This document shows, piece by piece, positions 1 to 8,857 of a DNA stretch of 32,000 nt. This DNA comes from Candidatus Nitrospira inopinata. GTDB taxonomy: Bacteria; Nitrospirota; Nitrospiria; Nitrospirales; Nitrospiraceae. The stretch spans positions 2,880,001 to 2,912,000 of the forward strand of contig NZ_LN885086.1 in assembly GCF_001458695.1 (NCBI RefSeq), written 5' to 3'. The translations under genes and the position numbers were made by a program. Numbering within the stretch: the first letter of the stretch is position 1; every line of letters begins with the position of its first letter. The notes under the pieces are model-generated. The model did no database searches and was not told the origin of the DNA. It worked only from the letters and a program-made list of their open reading frames with translations.

Positions 1-216
1 GACCATGCTGTTTTTTATCTGACGCTCAGGCGACGCGGTGAGCGACGGCGGGCACATGATGGTCCCGTCCATCGGACAGGCCATACTCCCTTCCACCAGG
101 ATCGCCGTTTCTTCTGCTTCAGACAGATCGGGCAAGGCGCACATTGATCCAATCACCTGACAGAAGGTGAAAACAATGGCAATCGCAACGAATCGGAAAG
201 CTGGCGGTGAACTCAT
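1..216 (-). CDS. Hypothetical small exported/membrane protein, N-terminal part only (ORF runs off the left edge)
   Basis: ATG at 214-216 (minus) opens 72 stop-free codons down to position 1: MSSPPAFRFVAIAIVFTFCQVIGSMCALPDLSEAEETAILVEGSMACPMDGTIMCPPSLTASPERQIKNSMV. It has a hydrophobic N-terminus followed by a Cys/Met-rich stretch. The N-terminus resembles that of the 16363-16740 ORF (FVAI.IV then C.LP.L). It is absent from the ORF track because it has no stop in the window. No clear SD. Confidence 0.35.
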   Translation of the reverse strand, partial: MSSPPAFRFVAIAIVFTFCQVIGSMCALPDLSEAEETAILVEGSMACPMDGTIMCPPSLTASPERQIKNSMV

Positions 217-563
217 TGACAATGACATAACGTTAGTATGTAACACCTCTGGCCAACAGGTCAAGTAGGCAACTCAGCACAGGTTCCTTCATCTGCCTGT
301 GCTAAATACGACGACAATGGCGGCCTCAATACACGCCTATAATTTCCTTAACTTAAACCTTATGCCCACGGCTCAGTCACTTTGTTCCTCTATGCTAAGT
401 TCACGGCGGTTTTATAACTACCTCTTTACTCATCACTTATTTCCTCAACCTGACCAGACAGCTCAGTATCGCCACAGAGCGGAACTTGCCGACTCGCGAT
501 CGGTGACATGCTTATCTCTCTTTTGTTTTTTTGCGGGCCGGCTCTGGCCGCCTTGAGATGAGG

Positions 564-2474
564 TTAAGACACGGCTCCTCTCCAACCGACTCGTAACCCG
601 TTCGCTACTGCCAAGAGCTCGCTCAGCTCATGGATGAGAACCACCAGGGCGACGCTGAGGAAACCGCTAACTGCCAGCGGAATAAGCATCGCAAGAAGCA
701 GGAGAGAAAAGGTGATATTCTCCCAACTTATTCGCCTCGCTGTCTGTCCCAACCGCAGCACCTCAGGCACCTTCGCGAGGTCATCGGCCATTAGTGCCAC
801 ATCTGCCGCCTCGATTGCCGCATCGCTTCCCGCTGCCCCCATGGCCACGCCGCAGGTTGCAGCCGCCAGAGCCGGCGCATCGTTGATCCCGTCGCCGACC
901 ATCAGAACCGGCCCATAGCAACGTTCCAACTCCTTGACCGCTTCAACCTTGTCCTCCGGCTTGAGGTCCGCCAGGCTGTCATCAAGGCCGAGGCTCTCCG
1001 CGACAGTTCGGGCCGTGCTCGCGTTATCTCCGGTTAGCATGACAGTCCGGATCCCCAAGCGGCGGAGATCGTCGATGACATCCCTCGCCCCGTCGCGGAC
1101 ACGATCCTGTAAGATGAGCAGGCCGTACAGGTTGTGATTTGCCCCAACGAGAACGACCGTTTTTCCTTGGGCTTGCTGTGTCTGCACCTTCTCTCGAACG
1201 GCGTCCAAGGGGATCCCAAGCTCCTCGAACAGCGCCGGACTGCCGACATACCACCTCATGCCATCAGAAGACACCGCGGTAGCTCCCACGCCGGTCAGGG
1301 CCTCAAACTCCTGCATGGACCTCAGAGCAAGCCCTTCAGCCCGTGCCTTCTCAAGGACGGCCCGCGCCAGCGGATGTTCGGAACCATGCTCGATGCCGGC
1401 CGCGACCGCGAGCAATTCGCCTGGTGAGCCGTTGAGAGTGATGAGGTCCGTGACAACCGGCTTGCCGGCAGTGAGGGTGCCCGTTTTATCGAAGGCTGCC
1501 ACGCGGATACTCCCGAGATGCTCCAGATGCACGCCGCCCTTGATGAGAATGCCATGCTTGCCTGCCCAGCCAATCGCGGCGGCGGTCGCCACGGGCGTCG
1601 ACATCACCAGCGCGCATGGCGCAGCCGCGACTAAGAGCACCACCGCGCGCTCAGCCCAATCCTCCAGTGGCAAACCGAAAAGCCAGGGCACAAGGAGAAA
1701 CCCGACCGACACCAGCAACACAGCGGGGCTGTAGCGGCGACCGAAGCGCTCGATCCACTGCTGAGCTTGCCCCTTGCGCTCCTGCGCCGCTTCCACCAGA
1801 TGAATAATCTTGGCCAGGGTGTTGTCTTGAAACGACGCGGTCGCCTCGATCTCCAGGAGGCCTTGTCGGTTGAGCGTTCCGGCAAAGACTTTCATGCCGG
1901 GGACCTTATCGACCGGAATGGATTCACCGGTGACTGCCGCTTCGTCCAGGCTGGAATTTCCGATCCGAATCACTCCGTCGGTCGGAATGGTCTCGCCTGG
2001 CCGGGCGAGGAACCGGTCTCCCACCTGCAGGGCTTCGGCGGGAATCGTGACTTCCTGGCCGTTGCGAAGGACATGAGCCTCTTTGGGCGCAAGGTCCAGG
2101 AGCGCCCGAATAGCCGAGCGCGTGCGCGCGTAGGTATATTCTTCCAAGCCCTCGGCCGACCCGTAGAGGAACACCAGGAAGGCGGCTTCATCCCACAGCC
2201 CTAGGATGCCGGACCCGACGGTGGCCGCCAGCATGAGGAAGTCGATTCCGATGACCCGCTCGTGGATCAGGGACTCCAGGGCTTCCCAGCCCCAGTGGTA
2301 GCCGCCCAGCGGAATGGCCACAAAATAGAACAGAGCTTCGGTCCGCTCAGACACCACACCCAGATGAGCCAGCGCAAATCCCACGCCTGCCAGCATGCCA
2401 GCTATCAGCGCATTACGCAGGACCGGGTATTGCCACCATGAGCCAGCAAAGCCTCCCTCGTGCTCTTTGTCCAT
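564..2474 (-). CDS. Heavy-metal translocating P1B-type ATPase with no N-terminal HMA domain
   Basis: 636-637 aa ORF with the P-type signatures DKTGTLT, SEHPLA, TGDN and GDGINDAPAL. The transmembrane metal motif is AAAPCALVMSTP. Hydrophobic helices begin almost at the N-terminus and there is no GMxCxxC domain. ATG at 2474 lies 6 nt after GGGGAG; GTG at 2477 is an alternative start. Confidence 0.93.
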   Translation of the reverse strand: MDKEHEGGFAGSWWQYPVLRNALIAGMLAGVGFALAHLGVVSERTEALFYFVAIPLGGYHWGWEALESLIHERVIGIDFLMLAATVGSGILGLWDEAAFLVFLYGSAEGLEEYTYARTRSAIRALLDLAPKEAHVLRNGQEVTIPAEALQVGDRFLARPGETIPTDGVIRIGNSSLDEAAVTGESIPVDKVPGMKVFAGTLNRQGLLEIEATASFQDNTLAKIIHLVEAAQERKGQAQQWIERFGRRYSPAVLLVSVGFLLVPWLFGLPLEDWAERAVVLLVAAAPCALVMSTPVATAAAIGWAGKHGILIKGGVHLEHLGSIRVAAFDKTGTLTAGKPVVTDLITLNGSPGELLAVAAGIEHGSEHPLARAVLEKARAEGLALRSMQEFEALTGVGATAVSSDGMRWYVGSPALFEELGIPLDAVREKVQTQQAQGKTVVLVGANHNLYGLLILQDRVRDGARDVIDDLRRLGIRTVMLTGDNASTARTVAESLGLDDSLADLKPEDKVEAVKELERCYGPVLMVGDGINDAPALAAATCGVAMGAAGSDAAIEAADVALMADDLAKVPEVLRLGQTARRISWENITFSLLLLAMLIPLAVSGFLSVALVVLIHELSELLAVANGLRVGWRGAVS

Positions 2475-2566
2475 CACCTTCTCCCCAGTGTTCGTCGGTC
2501 CTTACCTGCTACCGTGAAAGCGGTGCACATGGAGCTCTCATTCAACTTCCGCCCCTTTTCGGTTTC

Positions 2567-2800
2567 TTAAAGGAGATCGTTGCGCTTCTCTTCGAATTCC
2601 TCTTTGCTGATCTCCCCACGGGCGTAGCGCTTTTTCAGAATCTCCAACGCTGAGTCCGGTTCTGGTGACGCTGAGCCAGGCCGTCCTTGTTCTAACCATG
2701 ACTTGAGCTACAGTAGGGCCTCGACAATGCCCACCCCCAAGAAAGCGACCATCGACACACAACCAGTCAAGACCCAAAGTCCCATCAGTGATTCGTGCAT
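2567..2800 (-). pseudogene. Small TM + SHOCT-domain protein gene interrupted by an in-frame TAG at codon 31
   Basis: Hand translation of the minus strand gives MHESLMGLWVLTGCVSMVAFLGVGIVEALL-TAG-LKSWLEQGRPGSASPEPDSALEILKKRYARGEISKEEFEEKRNDLL-TAA. The first part is a single TM helix. The second part ends in the classic SHOCT signature (L.ILK.RYARGEIS.EEFE.K...L). TAG is at 2708-2710 and is in frame with both halves. A strong SD (GAAGGGAGGG) lies 6 nt before the ATG at 2800. Neither half is in the ORF track because both are under 60 aa. Confidence 0.6.
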
Positions 2801-2822
2801 GCAGGCCCTCCCTTCTGAAGGC

Positions 2823-5800
2823 CTATTGGGCGTTCTTCAAACGACGCCTCCACGCTTCTCGAAGACGCTCCTCCCAGACATACAACGTGGGAAGGACGAG
2901 GAGCGTGAGCGCCGTCGATGTCACAAGTCCGCCGATCACCACGGTCGCCAGCGGGCGTTGCACCTCTGCACCAGCGGACGTCGAGAGCGCCATGGGCACA
3001 AACCCAAGACTGGCCACCAGCGCGGTCATCAAGACCGGCCGCATGCGAATGAGCGCACCTTCATACGCTGCTTCTTCTGCCGAATGCCCTTGCTTGCGAA
3101 GATCCAGAATGTAGGACATCAGCACAACGCCGTTGAGAACGGCCACGCCGAAGAGTGCGATGAAGCCGACCCCGGCGGAGATCGAAAAAGGCATCCCACG
3201 CAGTGCCAAGGCCAAAATACCCCCAGTTGCCGCCAGCGGCACATTGAGGTAGATGAGCAGCGCCGGCTTGACGCTATTGAACGCCGTGTACAAGAGGACA
3301 AAGATAAGAAACAGCGCGATCGGTACGACGATGGCCAGCCGAGCAGACGCGCGCTGCAGATTTTCAAACTCACCCCCCCATTCAATCCAGTACCCTGGCG
3401 GCAGCGTCACGTGACTCGCCACCGCTTTCTGCGCTGCGCCGACAAACCCGGCGAGATCTCGCCCGCGCACATTGGTCTCGACGGCCAGCCGCCGTTGGAT
3501 ATTTTCTCGGCTGATTTGCGCCAGCCCGGTTTCGATACGAATATCCGCCAATTGCCTGAGGGGAATGAGGCGACCTTCAGAATCGGCGATGCGAATATCC
3601 AGCATGCGCTCGAAATTCTTGCGGTCTTCAGGACTAAATCGCACTTGCATGAAGAACCGGCGATTCCCCTGCACGACTTGACCGACAGTTCGTCCTCCCA
3701 ACGCTGTGACGGTATCCAAAATCTGTTCCGCATTGATGCCGTAGCGAGCGATCTTTTTGCGGTCGATGGCCACCACGTGGTACGGCATGCCGGCCACCTG
3801 CTCAGCCTTGGTGTCTGCCGCGCCGGGAACCTGTGAGACCACCCGGACGACCTGATCGCCGAGGCGGCGGAGAGTCTCCATATCTTCACCAAAAATGGTA
3901 ATCGCAATGTCGGAGCGCACTCCCGCGATCAATTCCTGGACACGGAGCTCAATAGGCTGGGAATAACTGAACGTGTTGCCGGGAACGGTCTTGGTCAACG
4001 CCCGGTTGATCGCATCAATCAAATCGTCCTTCGTCCTGGCGGTCGTCCACTCCGAGTCAGGCTTCAAAATGAGATAGATGTCGCTGACCTCAACACCCAT
4101 CGGATCAGTCGCGATTTCTGCTCGTCCGGTTCTCGACACGACCGTGACCACTTCGGGAAACTCCTTGAGGACCTGCTCAATGCGGGTGGTGGTCCGAACT
4201 GACTCCTCTAGAGAGACACTCGGCAGCCGCCAGGCTTGCAGGGCGATCGCGCCTTCCTCAAGCGTCGGGATGAACTCCGCCCCAAGAAAGGCCGCCACAC
4301 CGAGGCTGGTTGCAAACAACGTGGCAGCGATGCTCCCAGCAATGGCCGGGTGCTGCATCGTCTTTGACAAAAGCGGGCGATACCCTCGCTTGGCTAGCCG
4401 AATGATCCAAGTCTCCTCCTCCTTCACACTGTGGCGAAGGAACAGACTTGCCAGAACCGGCGTCACGGTTAAGGTCAGCACGAGGGACCCGACGAGCGCA
4501 AAGATGACGGTCACGGCCATCGGACGAAACATCTTTCCTTCAATCCCCTGCAGGGTCAGGATCGGCAAGTAGACGATGATAATGATGCCAACCGCAAACA
4601 CGATCGGGCGGAGCACTTCTCGGCCAGCTTCGAGGATCATCAGGCGCGTGTTGACCTCAGACAGGCGCGGGGTACTGTCGGTAGCTCGTCGTCGTTCGGC
4701 AAGATGTCGGATGGTATTCTCAATCATGACGACGGAAGCATCCACAATCAGGCCGAAGTCGATCGCGCCGAGGCTCATCAGGTTGCCGGAGATGCCGGCG
4801 GTCAGCATCCCCGTGAATGCCACCAGCATGGAGAGCGGGATGGCGGCGGCGACAATAAGGCCGGCCCGGAGATTTCCCAGAATGAGAAACAGCACGGCGA
4901 TCACCAGCAGCGCGCCCTCGGTCAAATTGGTACTGACGGTCTTGATGGTTTTTCTGACCAAGTCGGTCCGATCATAATAGGGCTCGATGGTCACACCGGG
5001 GGGCAAGGTCTTCTCGATCTGCTGCAGCTTGGTTTTCACCCGATCCACGACGACGCGTCCATTCTCGCCGATGAGCATCATGACAATGCCCGTGACTGCC
5101 TCGCCGCGACCGTCGCGTGTGACCGCGCCTTGCCGGACCATCGGAGCGAACCGCGCCTTGCCCAAATTGTGGATATAAATAGGCGTCCCGTCGTGCCCTG
5201 TCGCCACGATGATGTTGTCCATGTCCTCTAGTGTCTGCACAAGGCCTTCACCCCTGATCAAATACTGCTCCTGCGCATGTTCGATGTAGCCTCCGCCGGA
5301 ATTGGCGTTGTTCTGTTCGAGCGCCCGGAAGACTCGCTCGAGTGGAATTTTGTAGGAGACCAGTTTGGCGGCATCTAGTTGCACTTCATAGGCCTGCAAC
5401 TCTCCGCCGTAGGTGTTGACTTCCACCACCCCAGGAACGGAGCGGAGCTTGAACGCAATGTCCCAATCCAGAATCGTCCGCAGCTCCATGAGTGAGTAGC
5501 CGTTCCCCTTGACCTCAAACTGGTAAATCTCCCCCAATCCCGTGGAAATCGGTCCTAACTCGGGGTTGCCGAAACGCTCCCCGATCGCCTCACGAGCCCG
5601 GGGCAATCGTTCCATCACGAGGCGCCGGCAGAAGTAGATGTTCATGCCCTCGTCAAAATAGATCGTCACCGCCGAGAGCCCGAACCGGGAGACCGATCGG
5701 ATCAGGGTGATGCCCGGCAGGCCGGACAATGCGGTCTCGACTGGGAACGTGATGAATTGCTCAACCTCGACCGGGGAGAGGCCCCGCCCATTCGTGAGGA

Positions 5801-5945
5801 TCTGGACCTGGTTCGGCGTCACGTCCGGGACGGCATCGATCGGCAGCTGGCGCATGGCATAGACGCCACTGACGACGATGAGCAGGGCAAACACCAGAAT
5901 CAGAAATCGGTTTACGAGCGAAAATTCGAGGACTCGATTCAGCAT
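2823..5945 (-). CDS. czcA: HME-RND inner-membrane efflux pump, CzcA-like (divalent cations)
   Basis: 1040 aa with 12-TM RND architecture. It carries the TM4 motif AIDFGLIVDASVVMIEN and a CzcA-like periplasmic segment AEFIPTLEEGAIALQAWRLPSVSLEES. It is the last gene of a C-B-A operon. Confidence 0.92.
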   Translation of the reverse strand: MLNRVLEFSLVNRFLILVFALLIVVSGVYAMRQLPIDAVPDVTPNQVQILTNGRGLSPVEVEQFITFPVETALSGLPGITLIRSVSRFGLSAVTIYFDEGMNIYFCRRLVMERLPRAREAIGERFGNPELGPISTGLGEIYQFEVKGNGYSLMELRTILDWDIAFKLRSVPGVVEVNTYGGELQAYEVQLDAAKLVSYKIPLERVFRALEQNNANSGGGYIEHAQEQYLIRGEGLVQTLEDMDNIIVATGHDGTPIYIHNLGKARFAPMVRQGAVTRDGRGEAVTGIVMMLIGENGRVVVDRVKTKLQQIEKTLPPGVTIEPYYDRTDLVRKTIKTVSTNLTEGALLVIAVLFLILGNLRAGLIVAAAIPLSMLVAFTGMLTAGISGNLMSLGAIDFGLIVDASVVMIENTIRHLAERRRATDSTPRLSEVNTRLMILEAGREVLRPIVFAVGIIIIVYLPILTLQGIEGKMFRPMAVTVIFALVGSLVLTLTVTPVLASLFLRHSVKEEETWIIRLAKRGYRPLLSKTMQHPAIAGSIAATLFATSLGVAAFLGAEFIPTLEEGAIALQAWRLPSVSLEESVRTTTRIEQVLKEFPEVVTVVSRTGRAEIATDPMGVEVSDIYLILKPDSEWTTARTKDDLIDAINRALTKTVPGNTFSYSQPIELRVQELIAGVRSDIAITIFGEDMETLRRLGDQVVRVVSQVPGAADTKAEQVAGMPYHVVAIDRKKIARYGINAEQILDTVTALGGRTVGQVVQGNRRFFMQVRFSPEDRKNFERMLDIRIADSEGRLIPLRQLADIRIETGLAQISRENIQRRLAVETNVRGRDLAGFVGAAQKAVASHVTLPPGYWIEWGGEFENLQRASARLAIVVPIALFLIFVLLYTAFNSVKPALLIYLNVPLAATGGILALALRGMPFSISAGVGFIALFGVAVLNGVVLMSYILDLRKQGHSAEEAAYEGALIRMRPVLMTALVASLGFVPMALSTSAGAEVQRPLATVVIGGLVTSTALTLLVLPTLYVWEERLREAWRRRLKNAQ

Positions 5946-5974
5946 AACAGGTGGCCTCCGAGGGGCATCAGTCG

Positions 5975-7276
5975 CTAACCTCCACCTATCTGTTCTTTCA
6001 GTAACATTGACTTGAGATAGAAAGCCCCGATCGTCACGACCCTCTCACCCTCACGCAAGCCCGAGCGAATTTCGCTGTAGGGTGGTGATTGCCGTCCCAC
6101 GGTTACCTGCCTCACCTCATACGTGCCTGGATTCTTTTCCACAAACGCCATGGTCTTGTCGTTCACCTGTTGAAGAGCATCCAGCGGCGCGACGAGCGCA
6201 TCATCGCCGCGCCCCGGCAAGATGACTGCGGCTCTGGCAAACATGCCGGGCCGGAGACGACGCTGGGGATTGGGTATTTCGACGCGCGCATCGATCGTGC
6301 GGGTCGCGGGATTCAGGACGTCACTGAGGTAGACGATGGTTCCCTTGAAGGTTTCGCCGGGAAGGGCGTCCACCGTAATCTCCACATCCGCTCCCACTCG
6401 AACAGCCGCGAGATTCTGCTCATAAACGTCCAGGATGATCCACACCCTAGACAAGTCGACGATCGTAAAGGCCGTATCCTTCGGACTGATTAATTCGCCC
6501 AACGTGATCGTCCGTTCGATGACGGTTCCGTTCAAGGAAGAGACCAAAGGAAAATAGGAAAGGGGTTGTTCCTTGGTACTCCAATCGATGTGCTTGATGT
6601 CTCCCTCGGACAGGCCGATGAGTCGTAACGCCTCATGAGCGGCGCGATAGGCGGCAAGGCTCTTCTCATGGCGCCCCTTGGCATCCAGGAATTCCTTTTC
6701 CGAGGTAATCTGCTCTTTGAACAGCCCCTCTTCCCGAACATAGTTCCGGTTATCGACATCGTGATTCGTCTTCGCCTGAAGAAACTCAGATTTCTTTTGG
6801 CCCAGTTCGATGCTGTCCAGGAGGGCCAAGACTTGTCCTGACTTGACCTGTTGACCCAGCACCGCCTTGACCTCGATGACCCGGCCTTCGATGCGAGGAC
6901 TCAGATGCACCAGGCGGTATTCGTTGGGCTTGATCGTGGCTGTGGCCGCGATTTCATCACGAAAGGGGCGGCGTTCGATGACGGTTGTCTGAAACGCTTG
7001 TCCTTCGAGCGCCTCAGGTGGAACTGTCAGTTGAGGTGGCTCACCGACCTGATGACCAGCCTGTTGTTTTTCTTGCTCGGCCCTTGCCTTTGCCTCCGGC
7101 TGCTCCACGCGCGCCTCATTACAGCCCACGGCAAGAAAGACGAGTAGGCTTCCAAGAAGAATATGAGTATCCCACCTCGTACGAGACTTCTTGAAATTCC
7201 CAGAGGCGCGTGGCCGGTCGCCTCGCGCGGAAATGGCTTGCATGCGCGTTCGTGAGAGGACGCTAGGCCAGCTCAT
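5975..7276 (-). CDS. czcB: RND membrane-fusion (periplasmic adaptor) protein, CzcB-like
   Basis: HlyD/CzcB-type adaptor with N-terminal anchor LLVFLAVGCNE, coiled-coil hairpin and beta-barrel segments. It sits between the OMF and RND genes. The start is placed at ATG 7274-7276, which overlaps the czcC stop as ATGA. The track start at 7294 would overlap czcC by 22 nt. Confidence 0.85.
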   Translation of the reverse strand: MSWPSVLSRTRMQAISARGDRPRASGNFKKSRTRWDTHILLGSLLVFLAVGCNEARVEQPEAKARAEQEKQQAGHQVGEPPQLTVPPEALEGQAFQTTVIERRPFRDEIAATATIKPNEYRLVHLSPRIEGRVIEVKAVLGQQVKSGQVLALLDSIELGQKKSEFLQAKTNHDVDNRNYVREEGLFKEQITSEKEFLDAKGRHEKSLAAYRAAHEALRLIGLSEGDIKHIDWSTKEQPLSYFPLVSSLNGTVIERTITLGELISPKDTAFTIVDLSRVWIILDVYEQNLAAVRVGADVEITVDALPGETFKGTIVYLSDVLNPATRTIDARVEIPNPQRRLRPGMFARAAVILPGRGDDALVAPLDALQQVNDKTMAFVEKNPGTYEVRQVTVGRQSPPYSEIRSGLREGERVVTIGAFYLKSMLLKEQIGGG

Positions 7277-8532
7277 CGGAGTTCCCCCGTCCAACGTTCC
7301 AACCGCGCCAGCTCGACGGAAAGATTCGCCCGCGCCTGCGCATACTCTAGCAACATCTGTCTATGCACTCGTTGGGCATCGATGAACTCGAGAAGGCTCG
7401 CCGCGCCTTGCTGAAAACTAATCTTTGCGATCCGTAAGGTCTCTTCCGCCTGTTTCAATAACCCTTTCTCAAACACATCGATCTGGTCCTGTGCGGCGTG
7501 GGCTTCCTCCACAGATTCGGTAATCGCGGCCACGAGTTCATTTTGTGTCCTTACTTGTTCTGCTTCAGCGCGTTCTTTCGCCGATAAGGCCACCGTGATT
7601 TCTCCCTGCCGTCGATACCACAGCGGTATGGGCACACTGAATCGAGCCAAGTAGGCCGTCTCGGCCGCTTCCTGATGAAAGAGGCCGGAGACCGTGACAA
7701 AAGGAATCAGGGATTGGCGTTCCTGTACAATGCTGTGCCCTGCCCGTTCGATTTCTTTTCGGACGCGATGGACCGTCGGATGCTGTTCCATGGCGCTCGC
7801 AATTAAGTCTTCGAGGTTCAGTTCTCGTCGAGATGATACGAAGTCACCTTGGACACCGAAGTTTTTGCCGAGCACACCACCGGTTAGCACATTTAGTCGA
7901 GACCGCGCGACAACCAAGGTGTGTTGAGCGTGATTGAGATCATTGCCGACCTTTTGAACTTCCACATTTGCTTTCAGGGTTTCAAAAGGTCTCGCCTGCC
8001 CGGCATCCACGCGCGCTTTGACGCCGCGGTGGAAGTCCTGCACGATGGCAAGAGCTTCCGTGATCAATTGCGCATTGCGCTGGGCGAGAAGTAGTTGGTA
8101 AAAAGCGATTTTGACATCAGCAAGGACATTCAACCGAGTCGCATCGACAGCCGCCTGAGATCCGGCCAACCCGGCCTCCGCCGCCCGTTGACGGGCTTGG
8201 CGCATACCAGGCCACTCCAGCGGTTGGCTCACCGTTACGCCACGCTCGAAGAACTGGGTATTCCCGAGAGACTCGCGGGTTCTGCCCGGTCCGAAAGTTC
8301 CGTCAATGGATGGATTAGGATAGGCCGACGCGGTTGCTTGAAGCCCTCGACCTCGCGTGACTAGGCTGGCCGCTTCCAATAAACCCGGGTTGGACTGGAG
8401 GGCCAAGCCGAGCATTTCCTCTAATCGATAGGAACGACTTTCCTGAACTTGCGCCAGAACCACGGTGCCGGTGAGGAGGACCGGCAAGAGGGCTCCGGCC
8501 AAAAGCAGAGTTCGCAGCAGCCGATGTACCAT
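7273..8532 (-). CDS. czcC: Outer-membrane efflux factor, CzcC/TolC family
   Basis: 419 aa with a signal peptide (LLLAGALLPVLLTGTVVLAQ) and two OEP-type repeat halves. It is the first gene of the C-B-A operon. SD AAGGAGAAG precedes the ATG at 8532. Confidence 0.88.
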   Translation of the reverse strand: MVHRLLRTLLLAGALLPVLLTGTVVLAQVQESRSYRLEEMLGLALQSNPGLLEAASLVTRGRGLQATASAYPNPSIDGTFGPGRTRESLGNTQFFERGVTVSQPLEWPGMRQARQRAAEAGLAGSQAAVDATRLNVLADVKIAFYQLLLAQRNAQLITEALAIVQDFHRGVKARVDAGQARPFETLKANVEVQKVGNDLNHAQHTLVVARSRLNVLTGGVLGKNFGVQGDFVSSRRELNLEDLIASAMEQHPTVHRVRKEIERAGHSIVQERQSLIPFVTVSGLFHQEAAETAYLARFSVPIPLWYRRQGEITVALSAKERAEAEQVRTQNELVAAITESVEEAHAAQDQIDVFEKGLLKQAEETLRIAKISFQQGAASLLEFIDAQRVHRQMLLEYAQARANLSVELARLERWTGELR

Positions 8533-8610
8533 GACAACTTCTCCTTACTTGTGAGGTACAGTTATTTGCGCATCAACCAGCCGACACAGGTCTTGCATCA
8601 TCAAAATCGA

Positions 8611-8793
8611 TCAAGGTTCGTCGCGATCGGGACCTCCTCGTATTAACAGTAAAGCTGCAACGATGACGTAGGCCACAACCCACTTGATGTTCTCGATGTC
8701 CGACGACACGAACTGCGATATCGGCTCATAACTAAAGAAGACGACCACCAACATCGCAACCCCCACCCAATTCCACCAGCGCATCTCCATCAT
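8611..8793 (-). CDS. Small two-TM membrane protein (60 aa), paralog A
   Basis: MMEMRWWNWVGVAMLVVVFFSYEPISQFVSSDIENIKWVVAYVIVAALLLIRGGPDRDEP. SD AAGGGAG lies 8 nt upstream of the ATG at 8793. It is a paralog of the adjacent 8858-9046 ORF. The longer track ORF (to 8910) has no RBS and overlaps that neighbour. Confidence 0.6.
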   Translation of the reverse strand: MMEMRWWNWVGVAMLVVVFFSYEPISQFVSSDIENIKWVVAYVIVAALLLIRGGPDRDEP

Positions 8794-8857
8794 GAGATTA
8801 GCTCCCTTCATCCTCACGCTCTTAGAGCGCCTATTCGCCTCATCGCACAACCAGGAA

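Noticed and set aside
299-556. 85-aa plus-strand ORF in the AT-richer gap downstream of the ATPase.
   Set aside because: - It has no SD.
- Its composition is odd and not protein-like (MLNTTTMAASIHAYNFLNLNLMP...).
- It sits in what looks like an intergenic seam.
- The 8-bp inverted repeat AGCACAGG/CCTGTGCT (276-283 and 296-303) was seen there but is too weak to call.
520-560. GC-rich dyad next to a T/A run just after the ATPase stop, considered as the ATPase terminator.
   Set aside because: - On the minus strand the run after the stem is A-rich, not U-rich.
- On the plus strand the T-run precedes the stem.
- The stem itself pairs only 3-5 bp.
2703-3836. Long ORFs antisense to, or out of frame with, the large genes. 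Examples are 2703-3836(+), 4704-5231(+), 10038-10901(+), 11682-12356(+), 14234-15049(+), 24406-25215(-), 26492-27325(-), 28647-29441(-) and 31045-31773(-).
   Set aside because: - They lie entirely inside strongly supported genes on the other strand or frame.
- Their products are Arg/His/Pro/Gly-rich low-complexity strings with no recognisable motifs or RBS.
- These are typical shadow ORFs of GC-rich DNA.
8533-8610. Possible sigma70 promoter for czcC (TTGATG-type hexamers) upstream of 8532.
   Set aside because: Several weak hexamer combinations fit equally poorly, so none can be supported without transcript mapping.
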